A stretch of 64,000 nucleotides of DNA from Eledone cirrhosa (Eukaryota). The stretch lies in the NCBI GenBank assembly GCA_964016885.1, contig OZ024744.1:68696001-68760000 (forward strand). Reading direction: 5' to 3'. The notes below the pieces were generated by a model. It ran no database searches, had not been told where the DNA came from, and saw only the letters and a list, made by a program, of their open reading frames with translations. How positions within the stretch are numbered: the first letter of the stretch is position 1; each line of letters opens with the position of its first letter. Of the stretch, positions 13,452 through 25,137 are shown piece by piece. The position numbers were made by a program, and so were the translations under genes.

Positions 13452-16400
13452 ATGACCTCACTCAGAATAGGCAGCATAAATGCGCGTGGCTTGGGGTCGT
13501 CATGGAAGCAGGGCCACCTGCTCAACGACCTCAGGTCACTAAACATAGATGTAGTGGCCATCAGCGAGACCAGAATCTCCGATGCACAGGCTTTCGCACC
13601 GATCTTCGGCGGCTACGATGTGTACGCATCTCCCAGCCGTCCGGGATCGGGGGGAGGAGTTGCTGTGCTTTTTCGGAGAGGTTTGGATCTTGCCATACGG
13701 GCCATCTTTCTGGACCCAGAAGGTAAGTTGGTGTTGCTGGACGTGACCAGCGGAGACGGGCAAGCTTTCAGGTTAGTGGCCGTCTATGCCCCGACAGGAG
13801 CAGGGCGGCCTGATTTCTTCCGGCGTCTGGAGACCTTTCTTGGAACGTCCCGCTCTTTAGTGTTAGTGGGCGACTGGAACGGGATCTTAGATGCACGCTG
13901 GGATTGTGTGGGATTAGTGGATAGGGAAGGAGGGTGCAAGAGTCTCACCAACCTGCTCAGACGTTTTGAACTGTCTGACAGGTACCGAATGGATTTCCCG
14001 AATGTACCAATGTGGACTTGGACAAATCGCATAGGGTCATCCAGATCATATCTAGATAGAGTATTTTGTAGGGAAATAGATAGGTCTAGCATAGGCTGTC
14101 CACAATTCAAGATAGTCAGCTACACGGACCACAAATTCGTGATCTGTGTGCTTGACTTAGATAGGCTTCATAGACGAGGACCCGGCTACTGGAAGCTAAA
14201 CGCGTCCTTACCAGCGCGCAAGGCCTACAGAGACCGGATTAGCGAACTAGTTAAGCGGGCGTTGACGGGGGCCATCGTCAACAACAAGTGGTGGTTTGCT
14301 CTGAAAAGAGCGATTAGAATAGAATCGATTAGGTTTAGTAAGGCTTTAGCAATAGAGAAAAATAGAGCAGAGGGAGAACTAGTTAGAAAATTAGACGAGG
14401 CGCTTAGCAAAGGCATTGCGACCGACGTGCTTGCGGCGAAATTGGCCCTTGACCAATTCTTCAATGCAAAGCACGAAGGCTGCGTTGTCAGAGCTAGGGT
14501 GCGTGCTCTCAGACACGAGGGGACGAAAGCCGTTCAATGGGCCCGAGTGGCGGAGGCGCGTCGTGGCAACAAAGCCACGATCCGGTCTTTGGTGGACCAC
14601 GACGGGCGCATGCTACTCGATCCCGGGCAAATGTGTGAAGCTTTTCAGCGACACTTCGCTCAGCTGTTCGGGGGCAGCGGGGGGCCGGGTAGAGGGATGG
14701 ACTTTAGTGTCTACCTCGACGGACTGCCGCGGCTCTCGGCCACTGAGGCGAAGTGTTGCGAAAAGCCGATAACAGCCGCTGAAGTAAGGGAGGCAATGAC
14801 TGGCTGCACAAGGGGTAAATCGCCTGGTTTGGATGGTCTGCCCTATGAACTTTACGTACAGATGCCAGACTTGTTCGGAGGCCTCTTGGCGGACGTCTAC
14901 TGCAACTGGCAACAGAACGGGAGAATTCCCAGTTCTGTGAGCCGAGGAGCGGTGGCACTGCTGAGAAAGGATCCGAACAAGGGGGATAACATAGACAATT
15001 TCCGGCCCATAACTCTGCTAAACACAGAGTTTAAGATTTTGGCCAAGGTGCTAGCAAAGAGGTTGGCGCTTGTCGTTGGTGGTCTGGTGGGAGAGGCGCA
15101 GACATGCGCCATTCCCGACAGATCCATCCACGACAACCTCCACCTCATGCGATACATCGTAGAGAGGGTAGCTAGGGAACCTGGCACGGGTGGGTCCTTG
15201 ATCAATTTAGATCAGTCGAAAGCTTTCGATAGGGTCGACCATCGTTACCTAGCGGCAGTCCTGAGGGCGGCTGGCTTTGGGCCCGTCTTCAGAGGCTGGA
15301 TCGCTGCCATGCACAGCGACATCTGCTCTGTGGTGAGAGTGAACGGTCACCTGTCGGAACCGTTCAACATCATGCGCTCGGTCCGCCAAGGATGTCCCCT
15401 CTCGTCCCTCTTGTACGTATTGACTCTCGAGCCATTACTGCACAAACTGGAGACGTTGAGGGGAGTCCCGCGCGAACTAGGATGCGGAAGATCCGTGTCA
15501 GCATATGCGGACGATGTCACCGTAGTGGTGTCGAACGCCAAACACATCGAGGCGATCGGCACTACACTAAGAGAATACGAAGCGGTGACAGGAGCAATGA
15601 TCAACCAGGAAAAGTCAGTGGGCCTGCAGCTCGGCACCTGGAGAGGCAGGTCCATGCCGTCCAACAGCGTCGTCGGGCGCTGGACGGACGGACCGGTTAA
15701 ATTGCTAGGGGTCTGGTTCGGTCCGGACCTCCAGACGGACAAAAACTGGGACGAGGTGACGAGCAGGGTGGCTTCTCTCACCCAGAAATGGGCGGAGAGG
15801 AAGCTATCCCTGAAAGGTCGAGCGGAGGTGGCTAACGCGTACATCGCGTCTGTCATCTGCTACCGCCTAACCGTCGTACCTTGTCCTAAGCCTCGCCTGA
15901 CTGCGCTGGAGCGTTTGCTCTTTCGCTTTTTGTGGAAGGGACGTGCTCCGATGGTCAGGCGGTCCATCTGTTGTCAACACCCGCTACGTGGAGGGCTGGG
16001 CATGCCGTGGCTGATGATGCGCAGGCACGCGCTCAGGCTACGACATCTCCACCTCTTCCTCGACGGTGATCAGGTGTGGTCGCCGTTTGCTAGACGCGTT
16101 TTTCCCCAGCTCGTTTCCTTGACGGAGCTGCAGTCCTGGGTCAAGCGAAGACCGAGAGGGAGCGCCTGGAGACTGGAATGTCTTCAGGCGCTCACAGCCC
16201 TCGACCAATCGGGCAATGTGATCGGTGGAAACTCCACCTCGGCGTTCTATAGAGGATTAGTGGAGGGGAAGAGCGACGACGTACTTGGGGAAACTCTAGG
16301 CGTCGACGAAAATCAACTAGCCAATCTCTTCGGAAGAACCTTCGGGCCAGGGCCTATGGACAACTTCCAGAAATCTCTGGCCTGGCAGTGCTACCGAGGA

Positions 16401-16871
16401 GCCTTGCCAGTTCGGGATAAACTCTACAGGCATGGAGGTGCCGTCAGCCGGGCATGTCCGAGATGCGCGCAGGGCGACGAAACCGTCCTGCACGCACTCG
16501 TCCAGTGTCCGAAAATTGCTGACTTGTGGGTTTATGTCGAACACCTGCTGTCGCGTTTAGGACGGATCCAGCTATCATCTGAGTCTATCGTGAGGATTGC
16601 CCCGCCCTCCTCCTTTAGCCGGGAAGGGCAGGCAGTTTTTATCTGTCTGGTGGCCATGGCGAAAGAGATAGTATGGTGGACACGTTTGAAAGGGCTGAAG
16701 ACGAGCACTTACCTCTTCGGTGATGCTCTGATTGACTTTTTCAAATTTCATTTGAAAAGGAAAATCAGAGTAGAGAAGGAAGTGCTCTCTTCCCAGCATT
16801 TTGTTGAAAGATGGGTGAGAGAAGCAAGAATGGCCCGAGTGAATGGGCCGACTCTGAGTATATATCTGTAA
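13452..16871 (+). CDS. Tx1/L1 ORF2: APE endonuclease + RT + C-terminal Cys/His motif, 1139 aa
   Basis: SINARGL, SETR, VYAPT, GDWN, YLDR, TDH, GPGYWKLN, NFRPITLLN, LDQSKAFDRV, VRQGCPLS, YADD and CPRC..ETVLHALVQC. Confidence 0.96.
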   Translation: MTSLRIGSINARGLGSSWKQGHLLNDLRSLNIDVVAISETRISDAQAFAPIFGGYDVYASPSRPGSGGGVAVLFRRGLDLAIRAIFLDPEGKLVLLDVTSGDGQAFRLVAVYAPTGAGRPDFFRRLETFLGTSRSLVLVGDWNGILDARWDCVGLVDREGGCKSLTNLLRRFELSDRYRMDFPNVPMWTWTNRIGSSRSYLDRVFCREIDRSSIGCPQFKIVSYTDHKFVICVLDLDRLHRRGPGYWKLNASLPARKAYRDRISELVKRALTGAIVNNKWWFALKRAIRIESIRFSKALAIEKNRAEGELVRKLDEALSKGIATDVLAAKLALDQFFNAKHEGCVVRARVRALRHEGTKAVQWARVAEARRGNKATIRSLVDHDGRMLLDPGQMCEAFQRHFAQLFGGSGGPGRGMDFSVYLDGLPRLSATEAKCCEKPITAAEVREAMTGCTRGKSPGLDGLPYELYVQMPDLFGGLLADVYCNWQQNGRIPSSVSRGAVALLRKDPNKGDNIDNFRPITLLNTEFKILAKVLAKRLALVVGGLVGEAQTCAIPDRSIHDNLHLMRYIVERVAREPGTGGSLINLDQSKAFDRVDHRYLAAVLRAAGFGPVFRGWIAAMHSDICSVVRVNGHLSEPFNIMRSVRQGCPLSSLLYVLTLEPLLHKLETLRGVPRELGCGRSVSAYADDVTVVVSNAKHIEAIGTTLREYEAVTGAMINQEKSVGLQLGTWRGRSMPSNSVVGRWTDGPVKLLGVWFGPDLQTDKNWDEVTSRVASLTQKWAERKLSLKGRAEVANAYIASVICYRLTVVPCPKPRLTALERLLFRFLWKGRAPMVRRSICCQHPLRGGLGMPWLMMRRHALRLRHLHLFLDGDQVWSPFARRVFPQLVSLTELQSWVKRRPRGSAWRLECLQALTALDQSGNVIGGNSTSAFYRGLVEGKSDDVLGETLGVDENQLANLFGRTFGPGPMDNFQKSLAWQCYRGALPVRDKLYRHGGAVSRACPRCAQGDETVLHALVQCPKIADLWVYVEHLLSRLGRIQLSSESIVRIAPPSSFSREGQAVFICLVAMAKEIVWWTRLKGLKTSTYLFGDALIDFFKFHLKRKIRVEKEVLSSQHFVERWVREARMARVNGPTLSIYL

Positions 16872-17255
16872 ACTAAAGGTGGAAAACTGGGAGAGGGCAC
16901 TTGCCTTGGTGGTCAGGGTCATTGTGGCTTTTTACTGGGCTTTCTCCACAAATGTCCCTCCGAAGTCTCCCCCCTATTGGGGAATTTTTCATTGTTATTT
17001 TCATTGTTATTTTTGTTACATCCTCTATTTTTGTTTTTTTTACACGCAGAAATGCCCATTTGTACCGTCCTGCATTGTCCTGCACTGTCCTTAATGTCTA
17101 CTTTATGTAAACCCTTGTGGTTAATAAAGAAATCATTGTTGTTGTCGTTATTATTATTATTGCTATTATTATTGCTATTATTATTATTATTGTTATTAAT
17201 GTGTGTGTATATGTGTGTGTGTATGTGTATGTATGTGTGTATGTATATGTGTATG

Positions 17256-17330
<75 letters not shown>

Positions 17331-17596
17331 TCTCTTCTCTTTTTTTTTTTTTTTATTTATTTTTTATTATTATTATTATTATTATTGGCGACCTACGGAG
17401 GAAATCGTATTATCGTGAGCTCCGCAAAGGTTTGTTATTTCCGTTTGTTTAAAAATTGCCATTTATGGAAAATTTTATTGTAAACTGTTTATAAGCACAC
17501 ATACATTGTTTTCCGAAAAGGACACCCAAAAAGATTGGGGCCTTGTGCCCAAAAATTTTAACTTTTATTATTATCCAAAAATTTCTTTGAAAAAAA

Positions 17597-19555
17597 ATGG
17601 CTAATTCCCCTCTGCACGAAGCAGCTGAAAGCCTTCCTCACAAAATAACACCTCACACCGACACCACCATTGTAAATGTTACTACGTTTGCCAACACAAA
17701 AAAAAATATAAGCAGTAGCAATATTTTAAATTTGTCTCAGGCAGACATTCATTTCCCGCCATTACCAATGACTGCAGGTGTTAAACCCTCCACCACCACC
17801 ACCACCGCGACAACAGAAACAAAAAAAGAAAAAAATAAATTAACTCGTGACGTCGAAGTGAAATCAAGTAAAATGGACTCTTCCCCATCAAAGACGACTA
17901 ACGTCACCACCACCACAACTGAAAATAAAATTAATATTAACGATAGCAACAACAACAACAATGACATTATAAAACCGACCCTGAGTTTCGCCATCGTAGC
18001 AAAACATTTCGAAGCGTTCACGGTAACTCAAGAAGATTTAGAAAATGCCAAACAAATGGTAAAGAAAGATGGGTACAGGGTCAGCCTCACCCCCCCCCCT
18101 AATAAAATGGAGCATCGGCGCCTATGCACCGTGTCGTATAGAACAATAAATGTAAAATCGCGCCGAGTGGAACGGGCATCCGAGTCCCAAATCCAAAAAG
18201 CTTTGGGACATGTGTGGGCAAGAAAAACCCACATCAGACGTGGGCAAAAGTATGGAACCGTGGATGTGTTCTTTGAAACACCAGAGGAGGCTAGAGAACA
18301 CTCCATGGCCCCATTAAAAAGTGACGACTTCACACTAGTCCCAAGCTATTGTGGCCAGAGACTCGTAAAGATCAGGGTGACCCACGTTCCACCGGCCATC
18401 GAAATTCCCTGGCTAATAGCGGCTGTCATCGCCGGCATCGAGGCCAACACGAAAATAATAACAATAGCAAAAGAAAAGCAGGAAAACTGGTCCGGATCTG
18501 GGATGGAGCTCCTGATCCAAGCGGACCAAAAAAGCATTGAGGAGATCCCAGAGGTAATAGACCTCACTGACGGCAGCCACCTCACGGTAATTGTCGAGGG
18601 CAGAAGACCTAGGTGTGTCGTTTGTGGTGAAGGAACCCACCTAAGGGCTTTCTGCCCTCAGGCTAAAAGGTTGAGGCCACCTCTCCTACCCACCCCAGTG
18701 ACACAACCATCAACACCACCAGTAGCAGAGATGCCAACAACAACTGTAGCAGCAACAACAGAAGCAACTATAACGGCAACAACCCCAGCAACAGTAGCAA
18801 AACCAACACCACTACCACCACCAGCAAAACCAACACCACCACCACCCAACGCTTCAGAACTAGCACCAGCGCCTACACCATCCACCACACCACAACCAAA
18901 ACTAACGGCTGTGGAGGATTTTCCACTCCCCGGCCTATCACAACTGGAGACAGATTGTGACGACGAGGAGTGGGAAACGATATCCGGAAAAAAAAAAGAA
19001 ACCAAAAAAGAAAAAAATTCTCTTCCTTCTCCCTCCAAAAACAAAACACAGAGGGAAACAAATAAACTAAGAAACAAAAAGGTTAGGACAGATATGCCAC
19101 CATCCACACCAGCATCACCAACCCCATCAACCCAAACACCAACACCATCACCATCATTAACTCCAACACCACCATCACCTACACCACAAAAGTCACCAAA
19201 ATGCGAAACAGAAACAAACCCACAACAAACGCAAACAAAACAAAACAACCAAAACGATACACACTACACAGCATTAAATTTGAACAACAAGCAATTATTA
19301 CACTACATCCAACACAACACCAGCATCACAGAAAAAGACTACACAACAACCCCAAAATTCACACCACCTCCACACATACAAATCACTCGCATCACACAGA
19401 AAACGTACATGACACTAAAACAAAAATTCCCCAAAGACATCGGAGACTTCCGACAAGCACTCTCCAGGAGGATTTATAAGGACATCCTTCCTGAGGAGGC
19501 CACAAGCAGTGAAAAGGATGGAAAAACCGTCCTTCCCCTACGAGAAGTAAGGTAA
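17597..19555 (+). CDS. Tx1-like ORF1 protein, identical to 11459-13417
   Basis: Identical translation. Confidence 0.85.
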   Translation: MANSPLHEAAESLPHKITPHTDTTIVNVTTFANTKKNISSSNILNLSQADIHFPPLPMTAGVKPSTTTTTATTETKKEKNKLTRDVEVKSSKMDSSPSKTTNVTTTTTENKININDSNNNNNDIIKPTLSFAIVAKHFEAFTVTQEDLENAKQMVKKDGYRVSLTPPPNKMEHRRLCTVSYRTINVKSRRVERASESQIQKALGHVWARKTHIRRGQKYGTVDVFFETPEEAREHSMAPLKSDDFTLVPSYCGQRLVKIRVTHVPPAIEIPWLIAAVIAGIEANTKIITIAKEKQENWSGSGMELLIQADQKSIEEIPEVIDLTDGSHLTVIVEGRRPRCVVCGEGTHLRAFCPQAKRLRPPLLPTPVTQPSTPPVAEMPTTTVAATTEATITATTPATVAKPTPLPPPAKPTPPPPNASELAPAPTPSTTPQPKLTAVEDFPLPGLSQLETDCDDEEWETISGKKKETKKEKNSLPSPSKNKTQRETNKLRNKKVRTDMPPSTPASPTPSTQTPTPSPSLTPTPPSPTPQKSPKCETETNPQQTQTKQNNQNDTHYTALNLNNKQLLHYIQHNTSITEKDYTTTPKFTPPPHIQITRITQKTYMTLKQKFPKDIGDFRQALSRRIYKDILPEEATSSEKDGKTVLPLREVR

Positions 19556-19589
19556 GTGGTCTTTCCCATCTTTTCCACTCCTTTTCAAC

Positions 19590-22349
19590 ATGACCTCACT
19601 CAGAATAGGCAGCATAAATGCGCGTGGCTTGGGGTCGTCATGGAAGCAGGGCCACCTGCTCAACGACCTCAGGTCACTAAACATAGATGTAGTGGCCATC
19701 AGCGAGACCAGAATCTCCGATGCACAGGCTTTCGCACCGATCTTCGGCGGCTACGATGTGTACGCATCTCCCAGCCGTCCGGGATCGGGGGGAGGAGTTG
19801 CTGTGCTTTTTCGGAGAGGTTTGGATCTTGCCATACGGGCCATCTTTCTGGACCCAGAAGGTAAGTTGGTGTTGCTGGACGTGACCAGCGGAGACGGGCA
19901 AGCTTTCAGGTTAGTGGCCGTCTATGCCCCGACAGGAGCAGGGCGGCCTGATTTCTTCCGGCGTCTGGAGACCTTTCTTGGAACGTCCCGCTCTTTAGTG
20001 TTAGTGGGCGACTGGAACGGGATCTTAGATGCACGCTGGGATTGTGTGGGATTAGTGGATAGGGAAGGAGGGTGCAAGAGTCTCACCAACCTGCTCAGAC
20101 GTTTTGAACTGTCTGACAGGTACCGAATGGATTTCCCGAATGTACCAATGTGGACTTGGACAAATCGCATAGGGTCATCCAGATCATATCTAGATAGAGT
20201 ATTTTGTAGGGAAATAGATAGGTCTAGCATAGGCTGTCCACAATTCAAGATAGTCAGCTACACGGACCACAAATTCGTGATCTGTGTGCTTGACTTAGAT
20301 AGGCTTCATAGACGAGGACCCGGCTACTGGAAGCTAAACGCGTCCTTACCAGCGCGCAAGGCCTACAGAGACCAGATTAGCGAACTAGTTAAGCGGGCGT
20401 TGACGGGGGCCATCGTCAACAACAAGTGGTGGTTTGCTCTGAAAAGAGCAATTAGAATAGAGTCCATTAGGTTTAGTAAGACTTTAGCAATAGAGAAAAA
20501 TAGAGCAGAGGGAGAATTAGTTAGAAAATTAGATGAGGCGCTTAGCAAAGGCATCGCGACCGACGTACTTGCGGCGAAATTGGCCCTTGACCAATTCTTC
20601 AATGCAAAGCACGAAGGCTGCGTTGTCAGAGCTAGGGTGCGTGCTCTCAGACACGAGGGGACGAAAGCCGTTCAATGGGCCCGAGTGGCGGAGGCGCGTC
20701 GTGGCAACAAAGCCACGATCCGGTCTTTGGTGGACCACGACGGGCGCATGCTACTCGATCCCGGGCAAATGTGTGAAGCTTTTCAGCGACACTTCGCTCA
20801 ACTGTTCGGGGGTAGTGGCGGGCCGGATCGAGGGATGGACTTTAATGTCTACCTCGACGGACTGCCGCGGCTTTCGGCCACTGAGGCGGAGTGTTGCGAA
20901 AAGCCGATAACAACCGCTGAAGTACGGGATGCAATGACTAGTTGCACAAGGGGTAAATCGCCTGGTTTGGATGGTCTGCCCTATGAACTTTACGTACAAA
21001 TGCCAAACTTGTTCGGAGGCCTCTTGGCGGACGTCTACTGCAACTGGCAACAGAACGGGAGAATTCCCAGCTCTGTGAGCCGAGGAGCGGTGGCGCTGCT
21101 GAGAAAGGATCCGAACAAGGGGGATAACATAGATAATTTTAGGCCCATAACTCTGCTAAACACAGAGTTCAAGATTTTGGCCAAGGTGCTAGCAAAGAGG
21201 TTGGCGCTTGTCGTTGGTGGTCTGGTGGGAGAGGCACAGACATGCGCCATTCCCGACAGATCCATCCACGACAACCTCCACCTCATGCGATACATCGTAG
21301 AGAGGGTAGCTAGGGAACCTGGCACGGGTGGGTCTTTGATCAATTTAGATCAGTCGAAAGCCTTCGATAGGGTCGACCATCGTTACCTAACGGCAGTCCT
21401 GAGGGCGGCTGGCTTTGGGCCCGTCTTCAGAGGCTGGATCGCTGCCATGCACAGCGACATCTGCTCTGTAGTGAGAGTGAACGGTCACCTTTCGGAACCG
21501 TTCAACATCATGCGCTCGGTCCGCCAAGGATGTCCCCTCTCGTCCCTATTGTACGTATTGACTCTCGAGCCATTACTGCACAAACTGGAGACGTTGAGGG
21601 GGGTCCCGCGCGAACTAGGATGCGGAAGATCCGTGTCAGCATATGCCGACGATGTCACCGTAGTGGTGTCGAACGCCAAACACATCGAGGCGATCGGCAC
21701 TACACTAAGAGAATACGAAGCGGTGACAGGAGCAATGATCAACCAGGAAAAGTCAGTGGGCCTGCAGCTCGGCACCTGGAGAGGCAGGTCCATGCCGTCC
21801 AACAGCGTCGTCGGGCGCTGGACGGACGGACCGGTTAAATTGCTAGGGGTCTGGTTCGGTCCAGACCTCCAGACGGACAAAAACTGGGACGAGGTGACGA
21901 GCAGGGTGGCTTCTCTCACCCAGAAATGGGCCGAGAGGAAGCTATCCCTGAAAGGTCGAGCGGAGGTGGCGAATGCGTACATCGCATCCGTCATCTACTA
22001 CCGCCTGACCGTCGTACCTTGTCCTAAGCCCCGCCTGACTGCGCTGGAGCGTTTGCTCTTTCGCTTCTTGTGGAAGGGACGCGCTCCGATGGTCAGGCGG
22101 TCCATCTGCTGTCAACACCCGCTACGTGGAGGGCTGGGCATGCCGTGGCTGATGATGCGCAGACACGCGCTCAGGCTACGACATCTCCACCTCTTCCTCG
22201 ACGGTGATCAGGTGTGGTCGCCGTTTGCAAGACACGTTTTTCCCCAGCTCGTCTCCTTGACGGAGCTGCAGTCCTGGGTCAAGCGAAGACCGAGAGGGAG
22301 CGCTTGGAGACTGGAATGTCTTCAGGCGCTCACAGCCCTCGACCAATAG
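19590..22349 (+). pseudogene. Tx1/L1 ORF2 truncated at 919 aa
   Basis: TCG>TAG relative to copy 1, and the C-terminal Cys/His domain is deleted. Confidence 0.9.
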
Positions 22350-22577
22350 GGCAATGTGATCGGTGGAAACTCCACCTTGGCGTTCTGTGGTCTTTTAATG
22401 GGCTTTCTCCACAAATGTCCCTTGGAAGTCTCCCCCCTATTGGGGAATTTTTCTTTGTTATTTTATTTCAACCTCTGTTTTTTTTACACGCAGAAATGCC
22501 CATTTGTACCGTCCTGTATTGTCCTGTACTGTCCTTAATGTCTACTTTATGTGAACCCTTGTGGTTAATAAAGAAAA

Positions 22578-22629
<52 letters not shown>

Positions 22630-22680
22630 TTATTTTATTTATTTATTTATTTATTTTTTATTCTTTATTTTTTTTTTTCT

Positions 22681-23810
22681 CGTGCATTGGCCATACTCGA
22701 TAACGAGGGGGCAGCCATCATCATCATGTATGTATGTATGTATGTCAGGTCACCAGTTGGTGATACTGGTAACATGTATCCCAGTACAACCTGTTCCATG
22801 GTCGTGTCGTTGGCGACTAAACTGGCAACCCCACCAAGGTTTCTTGGTGAGGAGGGTGACTTTGGACATCCTGCAGGACTAAAAACAAAACCTGTCAAAG
22901 GGCAAAGGAGCTCTTAATAGTCAATGGCCATCCAAAATCATCGGGAGAGATGACCCCTTAACCTTTGTCAAGGCAGAATTCTAGGAGAAGGAAAACTCTG
23001 ATATAACACCTGCAACCCTGATTGTATCCAATGATGTTGACTTGTTATTCTTTTTGGTAAATATCATCTTGATTAAGAGAGTGGGACTGGCTTTGTGCAG
23101 TGCCTTTGCTCATTATAAAAGCTTCAGGGCACAGGCATTGCTTTGTATCTAGAGATCTCTCTGCACTTGTCGTTACATGGTACCATGGGCCCAGCACTAC
23201 GTGTCAATAATTGTCACAGGTGTAGTGTTTGTACCAGAGTTTTCAAGTCGCTGGCTGGACTAAAAAGTTACACTCGTTCAGCGCATCGGTGGGGGTTCTC
23301 CTACATGGATATAAAGTGGTGGCCGTACTCGAAAACGAGTTGGCAGCCACCATGTATATATATATATATGTGTATGTATGTATGTATGTATATATCCGGG
23401 AGAGATGACCCCTTAGCCTTTGTCAAGGCAGAATTCTAGGAGAAGGAAAACTCTGATATAACACCTGCAACCCTGATGGTATCCAATGATGTTGACTTGT
23501 TCTTCTTTTTGGTAAATATCATCTTGGTTAAGAGAGTGGGACTGACCTTGTGCAGTGCCTTTGCTCACTATAAAAGCTTCACGGCACAGGCATTGCTTTA
23601 TATCTGGAGATCTCTCTGCACTTGTCGTCACGTGGTGCCATGGGTCCAGCACTATGTGTCAATAATTGTCACAAATGTAGTGTTTGTACCAGAGTTTTCA
23701 AGTCGCTGGCTGGACTAAAACGTCACACTCGTTCGGCGCATCGGTAGGGGTTCTCCTACATGGATATAAAGTAGTGGCCGTACTCGAAAACGAGTTGGCA
23801 GCCACCATGT
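22681..23810 (+). mobile_element. Chain of RTE-derived non-autonomous elements: a 3' tail at 22681-22745 and bipartite copies at about 22745-23355 and 23397-23810
   Basis: RTE-type leader joined to a last zinc-finger remnant (CSVCTRVFKSLAGLKSYTRSAH) and a tggccgtactcg...gcagccaccat(gtat)n tail. About 410 bp is repeated in tandem. Confidence 0.75.
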
Positions 23811-24761
23811 ATGTATGTATGTATGCATATATGTATCTATGTATGCATGCATGTATGTATGTATGTATAAATATATGTGAATTTGTAGTTTACTTGAAGC
23901 ATTGTATATGGTATAAAGAATTCTAAGTTTGAAAGCCACGGCAATGCAGGTTGGACGGAGAATAATTATATCATAAGAAAGAGGGTTTGTTTTTTTAACC
24001 TTAATTTAATCATATGTCCTGATATTTCGAGATTAATATCTCTTCTTCCAAGGAAAATAAAGGAACTATTCCAGTGTCCCATGTGGCTTCGAACAATGGA
24101 ATAACAGGAACCATTCCAGTGTCCAATGTGGCTTTCGACACTCCAAAAACAAGCCCTGTTCTTACGATTTATGTATTCTCCGTCTAAACCTGTATTGTCG
24201 TGGCTTTGACACTTCTGATTATTTATAAACATATGTGAATATGTGAATATGTATGCGACATTTTCCGCAGTACAAGAACGTCGCATTTTTTGTCTTCTCT
24301 CATAATCTTTTCAGCACATTCGATGCACTTATACATGTGCAACATCAGCAAGAGTGATACAAACCTAAAGGATGTCACCTGAGCAGGTGTTTATTATCGT
24401 TATATGTAAGCATATATGTGTACGCACACGCACACACATAAAATAAAGTACCGGTAATGCACTGGGTAATTGCTGTCCTTGTGCCTAACGTAGAAACAAT
24501 TATTTTATTAAAATTTAGTACCAGTAATACACTTGGATAATTGCTGGCCTTGTGCCAAAAGTAGAAACAATTATTTTATTAAAATTTAGAGCTCTGCAGT
24601 TCACGCTATAACAGTCCACAACGTAGTCAACAGAGGTTGAAAGATCATCCAGACTTTTGGAGTACTTATTGACCAAGGATACTGATTAGTATTGAGCTTC
24701 TATAATCTTTACCAGGATATATATTGGTAAACTCTAATATAACCTAACACACACATACACA

Positions 24762-24811
<50 letters not shown>

Positions 24812-24853
24812 CGATATATTGACAAATGGAAACTATATTTATAAAACCATATT

Positions 24854-24918
24854 TATTTCATTATACATATTTCAATGACACCAAGTTAAATTATGGTGTG
24901 CTTTCATCAGATAAAATA
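24854..24918 (-). ncRNA. Type I hammerhead ribozyme (PLE pLTR family a). The mirror copy at 28727-28791 (+) has C3>A
   Basis: Minus strand reads tattttat CTGATGA aagcacacca..tggtgtcatt GAAA tatgta TA atgaaata. Confidence 0.75.
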
Positions 24919-25137
24919 TAATATAGATCAGTTTTATAAATAAATATTGATATACCCTTAAAAAATGCGACCATTTCTGTTGGAAGCTCCCGGATAGTGG
25001 GGTTATTAAATTTATTTATTCTATTATGCACATATCGGATATGTTTAAATCACAGTAGATTTAAAATCTATAATGATCGTATATGAAAGGAATTAAGGAA
25101 GAAATACAAAATAACAACTAATGACGACCTTCAAAAA

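Larger units (their letters stand above)
11249..17135 (+). mobile_element. Tx1/L1-clade LINE, full length and intact (copy 1), in (TAT)n
   Basis: Two intact ORFs, about 210-nt 5' UTR, 3' UTR with AATAAA at 17123, TTA/TTG repeats on both sides. Confidence 0.93.
17387..22579 (+). mobile_element. Tx1/L1 LINE copy 2 (tandem), with premature stop and about 0.68-kb 3' deletion
   Basis: Offset of 6138 from copy 1. Stop at 22347-22349. At about 22387 the sequence jumps from ORF2 into the 3' UTR. Confidence 0.93.

Noticed and set aside
11611-16922. Antisense and alternate-frame ORFs within the LINEs and Helitron
   Set aside because: Shadows of long coding frames, with no recognisable domains.
22745-22835. 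HDV-like ribozyme in the RTE leader (ggtcg..ggcgactaa; also about 50-120)
   Set aside because: The region is structured, but I could not fit P1/P3/P1.1 of the HDV fold by eye. It needs a descriptor search.
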